Positions 50,070 through 62,071 of a stretch of 64,000 nucleotides of DNA are shown piece by piece; position 1 is the first letter of the stretch; each line of letters starts with the position of its first letter. Below the pieces are notes generated by a model. It made no database searches. It had not been told where the DNA came from and worked only from the letters and a program-made list of their open reading frames with translations. Position numbers and translations under genes: made by a program. Source of the stretch: Kiritimatiellia bacterium (GTDB lineage: Bacteria; Verrucomicrobiota; Kiritimatiellia; JAKQHR01); NCBI GenBank assembly GCA_050178035.1, contig JBFXGK010000001.1, positions 128,679-192,678 of the forward strand, read 5' to 3'.

Positions 50070-51638
50070 TTATGCCGTGCGAATGCCTTCCGAGTCCGTG
50101 TGGATCAAGCCGTTTATCAAGTGCCCTTTGCCCGCCAGACCCAGGATGAAGCAGACGGCGGCGGCGAGCAGATAGCCGTGGCCGACACTTGATGTGAGTG
50201 CGATTTGCATTTTGGGGGAATGGATCACGCCCACGAAGCTCAGCAGCGCAGCCGCGAGGAAGAATCCGGCGGCCTTTTTGAGCTGGCGGTCAATCAGCGC
50301 AGCGGTTGCCGCGCCCCAAAGGAGTCCGACCACAATCGCGCCGCCGGCGACAGTGGTGTGCCCCGTCACATACGCGCCCTGCTGCAGCATGTTTTTCATC
50401 AGTTCAGGATCGGTCACGATCGCAGGCGCCGTTGTGTCGCCCATCGCGCGCAGGGCCTGCAGCAGGCTTCCCCACTGCTTCACGAGCAGATCGGAGACGT
50501 GCGGAATGAGCGCAATGCCCACGGCCATGGCATGGTGCTTCGGGCAGGCCGTGAAGGCCTGGCCGGTGATCACCAGCGCAATATAGACCAGCATGGGCGC
50601 GACCGCGGCAATCGGGATGATCTTGTGCATGAAGCCCACAAAGCCCAGCACGGCGCCGAGGCAAAGCACAACGCCCACGGCGAGGGCATAGCCCGCGCGC
50701 GCGTTCATGCGTTTGTAGCCGGGGTGGCCGATATAAACGGTCGTCGGAAAGGCCGAACCGCAGAGCGCGCCAACCATAGTTCCCACTCCGTCCATGATCT
50801 GGCATTTTCGGACATCATACTTGTCGCCGGCGGCCTCGGCGGATTCAACGTTGTTCATGGTCTCGAGGAAGTTGTAGATCTCCACTGGAATAATGATGGC
50901 CAGCAGTTCCGGATGCGAGAAGAGCGCTTTCATGCCGACGATGATATCCTTGATCACGGGAACCGGAAAATGAAAACCAAGCTGTTCAAATTCCACTTTC
51001 GTGTGGCCCATGCAAAGGGAAATTACAGACCCGACAATTACGGCCAAAAGTCCCGCGGGAATGCCAAACGGCAGGCGGAGACCGGCCACCAGCCCGATAA
51101 GGATGATGATCATGGCTGGAAAGCCGATCAGGGGCGCTTCGAAGATTTCCGCAAAGGGAACGACCGCGATCCATGCGATGGCAATGCCCGCAAGGGTGCC
51201 CAGCATGCCCGCGCGCGGCGTGACGCGCTTGATCACCGGCCCGATCACGCTTCCCAGCGCCTCGATCACTCCGCCAAGAAGGGCGGCCGCTATGCCAACC
51301 TGCCAGGCGAGAACCGGATCCTGCGTGGCAAAATAAATCGGGCCGATCACGCCGAAAAGATAAACGAACATGACGGGCGTGCTGATGCCATAGGGAAGCG
51401 CCGTCACATTATCGCGTCCCTCTTTCTTGGCGAGCTGGACGGCAAGATAAGCGTAGAATGCGAGGCCGACGATCAATCCAACGCCAACGCCGGGCAGGAT
51501 GCGGCCAAAGACGATGGAGTCCGGCATTTTGAAGACAAACTTGCAGACACCGCTCAGAATGATCATGTTCGCGAGGTTGTCCGCAAACAACGCCCAAAAT
51601 GCGTTCCATTCGCCCTTTGAGAATATTCTTCCGCCCAT
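50070..51638 (-). CDS. NCS2-type (xanthine/uracil/vitamin C or AzgA-like) permease
   Basis: 522 aa; 13-14 TM helices; weak similarity by eye to purine permeases; family assignment tentative. Confidence 0.55.
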   Translation of the reverse strand: MGGRIFSKGEWNAFWALFADNLANMIILSGVCKFVFKMPDSIVFGRILPGVGVGLIVGLAFYAYLAVQLAKKEGRDNVTALPYGISTPVMFVYLFGVIGPIYFATQDPVLAWQVGIAAALLGGVIEALGSVIGPVIKRVTPRAGMLGTLAGIAIAWIAVVPFAEIFEAPLIGFPAMIIILIGLVAGLRLPFGIPAGLLAVIVGSVISLCMGHTKVEFEQLGFHFPVPVIKDIIVGMKALFSHPELLAIIIPVEIYNFLETMNNVESAEAAGDKYDVRKCQIMDGVGTMVGALCGSAFPTTVYIGHPGYKRMNARAGYALAVGVVLCLGAVLGFVGFMHKIIPIAAVAPMLVYIALVITGQAFTACPKHHAMAVGIALIPHVSDLLVKQWGSLLQALRAMGDTTAPAIVTDPELMKNMLQQGAYVTGHTTVAGGAIVVGLLWGAATAALIDRQLKKAAGFFLAAALLSFVGVIHSPKMQIALTSSVGHGYLLAAAVCFILGLAGKGHLINGLIHTDSEGIRTA

Positions 51639-51689
51639 ATCACTCCTCCAATGTTATGCAGCCGCTGAATGAAGATTTTAAAGAAATTT

Positions 51690-51785
51690 AGGTGTTTTTA
51701 AGCATTTTCGAGCATATTTTGGCCGTTTTTTGCCATTTTTAGGCATTTTTTAGCCCTTTTTGCTCATTTTTGAGCATTTTTTAAG
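51690..51785. repeat. phased T-tract array
   Basis: ggtgtttttaagcattttcgagcatattttggccgttttttgccatttttaggcattttttagccctttttgctcatttttgagcattttttaagccc; nine T runs at ~10-11 bp period. Confidence 0.55.
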
Positions 51786-51792
51786 CCCTGAA

Positions 51793-53208
51793 TTATTTTG
51801 CTTTCAAATGTTTGGCAAGGCCCTCGTAGGCCTTTTTGAACGGGTCCATCGGTGCGTTCAGCACGCCCGCGCCCACCTGCCCCACGCCGGGCTCCTTGTG
51901 AGCCACGCCGGTGTCAATGAACGGCAGAATGTTCTTTTCAACCACCTTCACAACATCAATGCCCGTCGGTGTACCGCGGAAGTTCAGGGATGGAATCTGA
52001 TACATGTTGTTTTCCGCCGCCGTGATTTCGTACATCGTCATCGTGTACTGCAGCGCATCCGCCGCGGTTCCGCCCACGAACTGCACAATGGCCGGCGAGG
52101 CTGCGATCGCGAAGCCGCCGAGCCCGCCCGTTTCCGTGATGGCGCTGTCGCCAATGTCGCGCGCAGCGTCGGCCTTGCTGAAGCCGGGGAAATACAGCGC
52201 ATCCGGAACCAGCGCTTCGCCGACATACCACTTCCCTCCGGTGGCGGAAATCTGCACGCCGAAGTCCGTGCCGTTGCGGGCCATGACCGTCGCGACGCTG
52301 CTGTTTTTGATCCCGCGCGCGGCATCCAGCACGCATTTGCTGGCGGGCATGGACAGGTTCAGGAAGAAATGGTCGTTGCTGTGGATGAACTCCAGGACGG
52401 CCGCCGCATCGGTGCGGTTCCCGGTGGTCTTGATGATGGCCGGGGCCAGCAGGCGATAGAGAAGCGAAGTTCCCGCGCGGTTGCGGTTGTGCACTTCGTC
52501 GCCCATGTGCAGGGCCTGCGCGATCAGGTTCTTGAGATCAATGAAGCCAAGCTGTTCAACCGCACGCTGCAGGACCGGATAGAGCACCTTTTCCATCCAG
52601 CGCAGGCGATCAATCACCTCCGGGCTGTAGGCTCCGTAGCGGAGCACCTTGCCGAGTCCCTCGTTCAGCGTGCAGTAGGCCTTGTTGCCAAAGGTCTTGT
52701 TTTCGATGATCCACACCGGCATCGAAGGCGTGACCACGCCCGCCATCGGGCCGACCGCGCAGTGCTCGTGGCAAGGCGCAAATTTCAATTTCCCTGACTT
52801 GGCTAACTTCTCCGCCTCTGCCGGGGTTTTCGCCATGCCCTCATAAAGCAGTCCGCCCATCATTGCGCCGCGCATCGGGCCGCACATGCGGTCCCAGGTG
52901 ATCGGCGGGCCGGAATGCAGGAACAGATTCTTTTTCATTCCGGGGATCACGTCAATCGCGCGCGCAAGGCCCACCACGCGCGGCATGCCGCGCAGGATGA
53001 TGTCCATCGCCTTCTTGTTGGCCTTTTCGATCTGGGCCTTTTTGCCAGCAATGATTCGAACCGCCTCCGGCGAAACATCCACCGGCGGCTTCCACTGCAC
53101 CTGAATGGCGGGCGTCCCGACTTCGTCCAGCGCGGCCTTGAAGGATTCGAGTCCAATATTGACCACTTTAACTTGACTGTTGAAAAGTTCTTTCACGGCC
53201 ATGATCAT
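51793..53208 (-). CDS. DUF1116 domain protein (YlbE-like)
   Basis: 471 aa; near-collinear to E. coli YlbE as I recall it (HSGPP, CHEHCAVGPM, NEGLGKVLRYGAY, FFLNLSMPASK, GIAHKEPGVGQVGAG). Confidence 0.85.
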   Translation of the reverse strand: MIMAVKELFNSQVKVVNIGLESFKAALDEVGTPAIQVQWKPPVDVSPEAVRIIAGKKAQIEKANKKAMDIILRGMPRVVGLARAIDVIPGMKKNLFLHSGPPITWDRMCGPMRGAMMGGLLYEGMAKTPAEAEKLAKSGKLKFAPCHEHCAVGPMAGVVTPSMPVWIIENKTFGNKAYCTLNEGLGKVLRYGAYSPEVIDRLRWMEKVLYPVLQRAVEQLGFIDLKNLIAQALHMGDEVHNRNRAGTSLLYRLLAPAIIKTTGNRTDAAAVLEFIHSNDHFFLNLSMPASKCVLDAARGIKNSSVATVMARNGTDFGVQISATGGKWYVGEALVPDALYFPGFSKADAARDIGDSAITETGGLGGFAIAASPAIVQFVGGTAADALQYTMTMYEITAAENNMYQIPSLNFRGTPTGIDVVKVVEKNILPFIDTGVAHKEPGVGQVGAGVLNAPMDPFKKAYEGLAKHLKAK

Positions 53209-54743
53209 TCTCCCAGTTTTTCAATGATGCTGCCGGCCAGCCTGCAGGCTTCCGCATTGGTCGGCATAACGATTGCGCCCGCCTTGCGCAGGGTTTCCCT
53301 GACCTTGCTCCGGTTCTGCGGATCGCGGGCGGTGCCCGTGATCGAACAGACCACCAGCACTTTTTTGCAGGCCTTTTTAATGACGTCCTGAAGTTCCCCT
53401 GCGGGATCCATGTTGGAACCGTATCCCAGCACCACATCGAGCAGAATGACGGCTGTTTCAGGGTCGCTGGCCTCCTGCAGGATGCGCTGGTTGCGGAGCG
53501 AGAAATCAATCATCGGATGCGGACGGCCCACTGTGAATTCGTCCTCGCCAAGATCAATGACGGTGTTCTTCCGGCTCCTGAGCAGATCCTTTAACTGCTT
53601 CGCGGTTCCGGAAGGCGAATTGGCATACAGCCCGCCCGGCAGCTTCTGGAAAAGAATCTGTGCCTCGGTGCAGAAGGTGCCGCCGCTGAACAGGCCGCGC
53701 AGATATTTCTGCTTGGGCTTGCAGCGGTTCGCGAGCGCCGAGGCCTGCGACCGGATGGCCGCATCATTTGCGGCCAGCTGGCTGTCCACATCCCTGACCT
53801 TTGCGCCGCGCGAAAGCGCCACCGCCTTGAGGGCGGCCTCTTCCAGCGTGACCGCCATCAAAGCATCCTTTGGCTTAGCCCCAAGGAACATTGAGACCAC
53901 CGGCTTGCTGATTTTTGCCGTGATTTTTCCGATCTCGCGCATCACGCTCTCATGCGGCGGCTTTGAAACCAGCAGGATGACCTTCGTCTGCCGGTCTTCC
54001 GCCAGCGCCTTCAACGCCTCGATGAACATGATGCCGCCGATGTCCTTTTTGACATCGCGGCCGCCTGTGCCGATCGCCTGCGATATGCCGCAGCCTTCGT
54101 TGGAAATGATGCAGGTGACTTCCTGGCAGCCCGTGCCGGAAGCGGCCACCACGCCGATGTCGCCACGGTTCACGACATTCGCAAACGCCAGCGGAACGCC
54201 GTTGATGATGGCTGTTCCGCAGTCGGGCCCCATGACCAGCAGGCCTTTCCTGCGGGCAAAGAGTTTCAGCTTCTTCTCATCCTCAATGGAAACATTGTCG
54301 GAAAACAGCATCACATGCAGCCCTTTTTCGAGCGCCTTCATGGCTTCGGCCGCTGCATATCGGCCGGCAATGGAAATGATGGCGAGGTTTGCGTCGGGAA
54401 CTTTCTCCAGCGCGCTGGCAAGGTTCGTGGCGGTGGCCGATGCCTGTCCTCCGGAGGATACCTTCTTGCGGCTTGCCGAAAGCAAATCCTCGGCGGCCTT
54501 CAACGCCGCCTCGGCCGCGGCCTGCGTTTTTGCGCGAATGCCGATCAGCAGGTCTGTATCCGTGGCATTTTTGAACTCGTTCAGCAGAAGCCCCGAATTA
54601 GCCAGGATACTCCTGTTTTCCTTCGTGCCCATCACCACGGCGGCATCCACAACGCCATCGCGGGCGGAAAGTTCACGGCCCACATTCATCAGCGCCACAG
54701 AATCAAAGTAGGCGCCCTTTTTAATCACACCTTTAACCACCAT
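53205..54743 (-). CDS. fdrA: FdrA family protein (CoA-binding, succinyl-CoA synthetase-alpha-like)
   Basis: ORF 53205..54797; start set to ATG at 54743 (MVVKGVIKKGAYFDSVALM); motifs KLPDANLAIISIAG, GLLVMGPDCGTAIINGVPLAFANV, LGEDEFTVGRPHPMID. Confidence 0.85.
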   Translation of the reverse strand: MVVKGVIKKGAYFDSVALMNVGRELSARDGVVDAAVVMGTKENRSILANSGLLLNEFKNATDTDLLIGIRAKTQAAAEAALKAAEDLLSASRKKVSSGGQASATATNLASALEKVPDANLAIISIAGRYAAAEAMKALEKGLHVMLFSDNVSIEDEKKLKLFARRKGLLVMGPDCGTAIINGVPLAFANVVNRGDIGVVAASGTGCQEVTCIISNEGCGISQAIGTGGRDVKKDIGGIMFIEALKALAEDRQTKVILLVSKPPHESVMREIGKITAKISKPVVSMFLGAKPKDALMAVTLEEAALKAVALSRGAKVRDVDSQLAANDAAIRSQASALANRCKPKQKYLRGLFSGGTFCTEAQILFQKLPGGLYANSPSGTAKQLKDLLRSRKNTVIDLGEDEFTVGRPHPMIDFSLRNQRILQEASDPETAVILLDVVLGYGSNMDPAGELQDVIKKACKKVLVVCSITGTARDPQNRSKVRETLRKAGAIVMPTNAEACRLAGSIIEKLGE

Positions 54744-54757
54744 GATACAAACTCCCT

Positions 54758-56921
<2,164 letters not shown>

Positions 56922-57081
56922 TTACCTCTTTTTATCCTGCGCAATTCACATGAACTGCTCTTGTGGGCGCAGAAAATGAATGAAATGTCATTTCGAATCA
57001 AGCATCTTTCTTCAAATTCTTGCTATCAGCCGGGAAATCTGGAAATAATGATCCGTTCAAACAAATGAAAGTGTTTCAATC

Positions 57082-58701
57082 ATGAACAGCAAAGTATCGC
57101 ACGCGGCAAACGCTTATGCGGCAGGCGGCCGGAAAACCGTTGATCCGTCCAATATTGTCCCTTTTCTCGAGGCCGTGCTGAAGCCCGGCATCCGCGTGTG
57201 CCTCGAGGGCGACAACCAGAAACAGGCTGATTTTCTGGCCCAGGCTCTCACGCAGGTGAATCCGGAAAAGGTCAACCGCCTGCACATGGTGCAATCGTCG
57301 CTGGTGCTGCCGGAGCACCTTGATGTTTTTGAGAAAGGCATCGCCGAGAAACTTGATTTTGCGTACTCCGGCCCGCAGGCCAAGCGCCTTTACAAGATGG
57401 TGGGTGAAGGCAAGGTCAAGATCGGCTCGATTCACACCTACCTTGAACTGTATTCCCGGTATTTCTCCGATCTGAATCCGCAGGTCTCTCTGATTGTGGC
57501 GGACTACGCTGATCCCTCGGGGAATCTTTACACGGGATACAACACGGAAGACACCCCGCTCATCTGCGAGGCCACCGCATTCAACCGCGGCATTGTCATC
57601 GCGCAGGTGAAGGAGGTTCGAGACGCCCTGCCCCGTGTGGACATCCCGGGCGACTGGGTGGATTTTGTCGTGCCCACCGGAAAGAATTACTATATTCAGC
57701 CGCTGTTCACAAAGGATCCGGCAAAGATTTCCGAGATGCAGATTCTGCTGGCCATGATGGTTATCAAGGGGATCTACGAGAAATACAAAATCAATTCGCT
57801 GAATCACGGGGTCGGCTACAATGCAGCAGCCATCGAACTGCTGCTCCCAAAACTCGCCGGCCACCTGAAGGGCAAAATCTGCCAGTACTGGGCGCTGAAC
57901 CCCCATCCCACGCTGATCCCCGCCATCGAAAGCGGCTTTGTAAAGCGCATCTATTCCTTTGGAGGCGAGCCGGGCATGGAGGAATACTGCAAAGCCCATC
58001 CGGACATCTTCTCCATCGGTCCCGACGGATCCATGCGGAGCGGACGGTTGAACGCCCAGCTTCTGGGTTTGTACGGGGTGGACTGCTTCGTGGGCTCCAC
58101 GCTCCAAATTGACCGGTTTGGCAACTCCTCAACCGCCATTGACGGCATGATCGCCGGCTTCGGCGGCGCACCCAACCTCGGCAGCACGCCTCCCGGACGC
58201 CGGCATTCCTCGCCGACCTGGGAAAAGAGCTCACGCGAAAACAAGACCTTTAAGAAGTATACCGGTTATAAATCCGGCCGCAAAATCGTGGTTCAGATGA
58301 CGCCGACCGTGAGCGAGAAAAAGGAAATACCCGTATTCGTGGAGGAACTGGACGCAGCGAAACTTTTCAGGAGCGGGAAGTTTGAAACCCCGCCGGTCAT
58401 GCTCTATGGGGACAGCATCACACACATTGTCACCGAATGCGGCATCGCCAACCTGATGAAATGCGCCTCGCCCAGAGAGCGCATGAAGGCCGTGGCCTCC
58501 GTCGCCGGCAGCACCGATGTGGGCAAAGCATCCACCGCCGAAGACAAGGCCGCGCTGCGGAAGAAGGGCATTCTGCAGACACCTGAAGATTTGGGCATTG
58601 ACCCGGCAGCGGCCAAAAAGGATTTGCTGGCCGCGCACAGTTTGGAGGACCTCGTGAAATGGTCCAAGGGGCTCTATCACATTCCGGAGGGACTGAAATG
58701 A
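57082..58701 (+). CDS. malonate decarboxylase alpha-subunit homologue (MdcA-like acyl/CoA transferase)
   Basis: 539 aa; strong collinearity by memory with MdcA (LEGDNQKQADFL, LDFAYSGPQ, IGSIHTYLELY, GNLYTGYNTEDTP, LNPHPTLIPAIESG, GSTLQIDRFGNSS); no other mdc subunit genes in the window. Confidence 0.75.
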   Translation: MNSKVSHAANAYAAGGRKTVDPSNIVPFLEAVLKPGIRVCLEGDNQKQADFLAQALTQVNPEKVNRLHMVQSSLVLPEHLDVFEKGIAEKLDFAYSGPQAKRLYKMVGEGKVKIGSIHTYLELYSRYFSDLNPQVSLIVADYADPSGNLYTGYNTEDTPLICEATAFNRGIVIAQVKEVRDALPRVDIPGDWVDFVVPTGKNYYIQPLFTKDPAKISEMQILLAMMVIKGIYEKYKINSLNHGVGYNAAAIELLLPKLAGHLKGKICQYWALNPHPTLIPAIESGFVKRIYSFGGEPGMEEYCKAHPDIFSIGPDGSMRSGRLNAQLLGLYGVDCFVGSTLQIDRFGNSSTAIDGMIAGFGGAPNLGSTPPGRRHSSPTWEKSSRENKTFKKYTGYKSGRKIVVQMTPTVSEKKEIPVFVEELDAAKLFRSGKFETPPVMLYGDSITHIVTECGIANLMKCASPRERMKAVASVAGSTDVGKASTAEDKAALRKKGILQTPEDLGIDPAAAKKDLLAAHSLEDLVKWSKGLYHIPEGLK

Positions 58702-59519
58702 AAAAGTGTGTCGTATCCTGCGTGCAAATGTTCATCCGTCCTCTGGACGTGCTCGGCAACACCGAACGCGCCCTCCATTTTCTGGAAAAGGCCAAAAAGG
58801 ACTGCAAATCCGACCTGGTTGTCTTTCAGGAATCCGTGACGACCGGTTTTACGCCCAACATGCCCGCGAAGGAGTTTCTGAAGGTCATTGACAAGGTTCC
58901 CGGCAAGCAGATTGCACCGATCCTGGATGCAGCCAAGAAACTGAAACTGCACATTGTGTGGCCGGATTACGAGAAAGTCGGCCAGAAAATATTCAACTCC
59001 GCATTCCTGATCGGCTCGAACGGAAAGATCATTGGCAAGTACTGCAAAACGCATCCGTTCGACAAAGAGAGCACCGAACGCGGCGGATGGACCACACCCG
59101 GCACCGAGATGCGAGTTTTCCAGACGCCGTTTGCGAAAATCGGCATGATCATTTGTTTTGACGGCGACTATTCCGAGGCTTCGCGCCTGCTGGCCAAAAA
59201 GGGCGCTGAAATCATCGCCCGCCCGTCGGCCCTGCTGCGGAACTATGAAATCTGGTCGCTCACCAACCGCGCACGCGCGTTCGACAATCACGTCTTTCTG
59301 GCGGCCGCGAATGCGACCGGGTTTGACGCCGCGGGCAGGCACTATTACGGGCACAGCATGATCGTCGGCCCCGCAGGAAACATCATGGCGCTGGCGGCCG
59401 CGCAGGAGGACATAATCAGCGCAGAGCTCGACCCGAAAATGATCCGCCAGACGTTCCCGGGCTCCCCCGCGCAGCGGGTATACGACCATCTCGCCGACCT
59501 GAATCCGCGTTTGAAGTAA
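58698..59519 (+). CDS. carbon-nitrogen hydrolase (nitrilase-superfamily amidase)
   Basis: ORF 58659..59519; start set to ATG at 58698 (MKKCVVSCVQM), overlapping the MdcA-like stop (ATGA); catalytic E-K-C triad context (VVFQESVTT, CKTHPF, MIICFDGDY). Confidence 0.8.
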   Translation: MKKCVVSCVQMFIRPLDVLGNTERALHFLEKAKKDCKSDLVVFQESVTTGFTPNMPAKEFLKVIDKVPGKQIAPILDAAKKLKLHIVWPDYEKVGQKIFNSAFLIGSNGKIIGKYCKTHPFDKESTERGGWTTPGTEMRVFQTPFAKIGMIICFDGDYSEASRLLAKKGAEIIARPSALLRNYEIWSLTNRARAFDNHVFLAAANATGFDAAGRHYYGHSMIVGPAGNIMALAAAQEDIISAELDPKMIRQTFPGSPAQRVYDHLADLNPRLK

Positions 59520-59528
59520 GCGGTTTTC

Positions 59529-60821
59529 ATGAGAATCCGGACAAAAATGATCATCGGAATCGGACTGCCGGTTCTGCTGATGTGGGCCCTCACGGCATGG
59601 GCCCTTCGGGGCATATCCTCAGCCGCGATCATTTTGGAAGTCACCATCATAGCGACCCTGGCCTCCATCGCGGCCGGAGCCATGCTGGTTCGTTCTGTTC
59701 TCTATCCGATCCGCAAACTCCGGGACAGCGCAGAACGGCTCGCAAACGGCGACATGTCTTTCAGGATCAACGATTCCGGATCGGACGAAGTGGCTGATCT
59801 TTGCCAAACTTTTAATGATATGGTTGCCAGGCTTGCGCACTGCCGCGAGGAAACAGAGACCAAGCTTCAGGCCCAGACCGAAAAGATATCCTCCAATCTC
59901 AAGGTCTATGCCGAACAGCGCCAGGAACTGGAGGACAACCGCATTGCAATGGAGAAGGTGATGGACAGTTTGCGCCTTAAGCAGGCTGAACTGCTTGAGG
60001 AAGTGAACCAGAGAAAACTCGCCGAGGCCCGTCTGAAAAACCGCGTGGAAGAGGTTGAGATCCTCAACAGGGGCATGACGAACCTGCTGGAGGATCTGCA
60101 GGAGGCCAGCCGGCTGCAGACCCGAACCACTGCGCAACTGAAGGAGGCCAACAAGGAGCTGGAATCATTCTCTTATTCCGTGTCTCACGACTTGCGCGCG
60201 CCGCTGCGCGCCATCAAAGGTTTTGCGGATGCCCTTTTGGAAGAAGCCGGGGATCAAGTCGGGGAGGCCGGACGCCACTATATTGACGTGATCACCCGGA
60301 ATGCGCGAAGCATGGGACAGCTCATCGAAGATCTGCTCGCATTCTCCCGCCTGGGCCGGAAACCGCTGGAACGGGTCACGGTTGACATTGATCGAATGGT
60401 CAGGGAGGCGGTTGCGGATTGCAAGCCAGATCCGGCGATGCGCAGTGTCGAGTTTCAAATCGAGTCCCTGCCGCCGGCGCAGGCTGATGCTGCTTTGATG
60501 CGCCAGGTCTGGATTAATCTCATATCCAATGCCGTGAAATTCACCGGGCGGAAGAAGAAGGCCGAGATCAGGATCTGGTCATTCGAAGAAAACGGTCAGA
60601 TTGTTTATGCCATCCGGGACAACGGCGTGGGCTTCAACATGGATTACATCGACAAAATATTCGGGGTCTTTCAGCGCCTGCACCGGCCGGAGGATTTCGA
60701 GGGCACCGGTGTCGGCCTGGCCATTGTCCAGCGCATCATCGAACGTCATGGCGGAACTATCCGTGCCGAGGGTAAGGAAAACGAAGGTGCCGCGTTTTTC
60801 TTCACAGTTCCGGCATCCTGA
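59529..60821 (+). CDS. sensor histidine kinase (TM-HAMP-coiled coil-HisKA-HATPase)
   Basis: 430 aa; H-box FSYSVSHDLRAPLRAIKGF, N/G boxes (NLISNAVKFT, DNGVGF, GTGVGLAIV). Confidence 0.85.
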   Translation: MRIRTKMIIGIGLPVLLMWALTAWALRGISSAAIILEVTIIATLASIAAGAMLVRSVLYPIRKLRDSAERLANGDMSFRINDSGSDEVADLCQTFNDMVARLAHCREETETKLQAQTEKISSNLKVYAEQRQELEDNRIAMEKVMDSLRLKQAELLEEVNQRKLAEARLKNRVEEVEILNRGMTNLLEDLQEASRLQTRTTAQLKEANKELESFSYSVSHDLRAPLRAIKGFADALLEEAGDQVGEAGRHYIDVITRNARSMGQLIEDLLAFSRLGRKPLERVTVDIDRMVREAVADCKPDPAMRSVEFQIESLPPAQADAALMRQVWINLISNAVKFTGRKKKAEIRIWSFEENGQIVYAIRDNGVGFNMDYIDKIFGVFQRLHRPEDFEGTGVGLAIVQRIIERHGGTIRAEGKENEGAAFFFTVPAS

Positions 60822-60830
60822 CCGACGCGG

Positions 60831-62045
60831 TCAGCGCAGTTGAGCAAACCGGTCCACGACGGCTTGCAGCCAGGCTGTTCCCGAGCGGGCCTCTTCCGGC
60901 GTGAGGCTTTTTACAGCCTTGAGGTAATCGTGATCCTGTTTTGAGACGCGGTCCCAGGCCGAGGCAAATGTGTCCTGAAGCTGATCAACGTCAAAATCCG
61001 GCTCCGGCTCCTTGCGCAGGCACTCTTCAAGGCGCGGCCACGATTCTGCAAAGGCGCGCTGCGCTGCAAGTTCGGGGCCGTCGCCTTCTGCGGCAAGAAT
61101 CGCGATGGACTCACGCAAATTCTTTGCAAGTTCGCCAAGTCGCTTGATCCTTTCAGACCGGTTATCTTCCAGAAGGCGGAGGGCGCCGTTGTAACAGGCG
61201 CGTTCAAAAGCATTGCCATCCATGAAATGACGGCGGATAAACCGGTACCATTGTGTCAGGGCCCAAAGGTTGCCGATGTAATTCAGGTTATTGGAGACAA
61301 TGCGTGCAATTCCCCGATAGGCGCCGATCTTGCAGGGCATGGGCTGTCCGGTCCCGCGGGACTTTTCCGTCAGCAACATGTTCGGCTGCAATGCATCTCC
61401 ACGCCAAACCGTTCCGGCCGCTGAAACACATCCGTATTCAATCCGGACCGGCCCCACCAGACCGCCCTGCCCTCCGAGAAATATGGGATCGCTGTTCAAC
61501 ATCACTCCGCGCGGAACATCTCCAATGAGCGACGGCGTCGCCTTGTCGCGATGAGGCGTGTAATTGAAATGAATGAATGACGAACCGATTTCGCTGTGCT
61601 CCCTGCGGCTGCGGCCGCCCGCCATCAACGCGTCGCAGAAATTAATCAGGCTCCCGGCCGTGACATAGGGCAGGAAAATGGTCTGCTTGAATCCGACCGC
61701 GTGAGCGCCGCTGGCCGCCTCTTCAAGGAGCGTACCCGGGCGCACATGGGCACAGGGGCCCATGGAGGACTTGTCCAAAAACACCGAGCCCTCAAACGAG
61801 CCGCCCTGCAGCTTCACTCCGCTGCCCAGCTGGCAGTTTTTCAGCGTCACCGGACCTTCCTCACCGAGAACGGAGCCCGGACCGACGCTGGTGTGCTCGC
61901 CCAGCAGTTTCGTCCCGGTATGCAGGACTACGCCCGGCGCGATCAGTGCCGGGTTTAGCCGTTCATCCACTTCGACCGACACGGGCGCGGGAATGGAGAC
62001 TCCCCGTTCAATCAGTCCTCTGACATGTGGCGGCAGTGTCATCAT
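60831..62045 (-). CDS. hexapeptide-repeat (left-handed beta-helix) protein, function unknown
   Basis: 404 aa; N-terminal half shows Gly/Val-rich hexapeptide-like periodicity; C-terminal helical domain. Confidence 0.5.
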   Translation of the reverse strand: MMTLPPHVRGLIERGVSIPAPVSVEVDERLNPALIAPGVVLHTGTKLLGEHTSVGPGSVLGEEGPVTLKNCQLGSGVKLQGGSFEGSVFLDKSSMGPCAHVRPGTLLEEAASGAHAVGFKQTIFLPYVTAGSLINFCDALMAGGRSRREHSEIGSSFIHFNYTPHRDKATPSLIGDVPRGVMLNSDPIFLGGQGGLVGPVRIEYGCVSAAGTVWRGDALQPNMLLTEKSRGTGQPMPCKIGAYRGIARIVSNNLNYIGNLWALTQWYRFIRRHFMDGNAFERACYNGALRLLEDNRSERIKRLGELAKNLRESIAILAAEGDGPELAAQRAFAESWPRLEECLRKEPEPDFDVDQLQDTFASAWDRVSKQDHDYLKAVKSLTPEEARSGTAWLQAVVDRFAQLR

Positions 62046-62071
62046 TTTTGCGGATTCCCTAAATTGCGCAT

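Noticed and set aside
50205-51620. 471-aa + strand ORF
   Set aside because: Antisense to the NCS2-type permease gene; composition dominated by Arg/His/Gly/Asp.
53410-54711. 433-aa + strand ORF
   Set aside because: Antisense to fdrA; Ser/Ala/Pro-rich low-complexity translation.
57076-58107. 343-aa minus-strand ORF
   Set aside because: Antisense to the MdcA-like gene.
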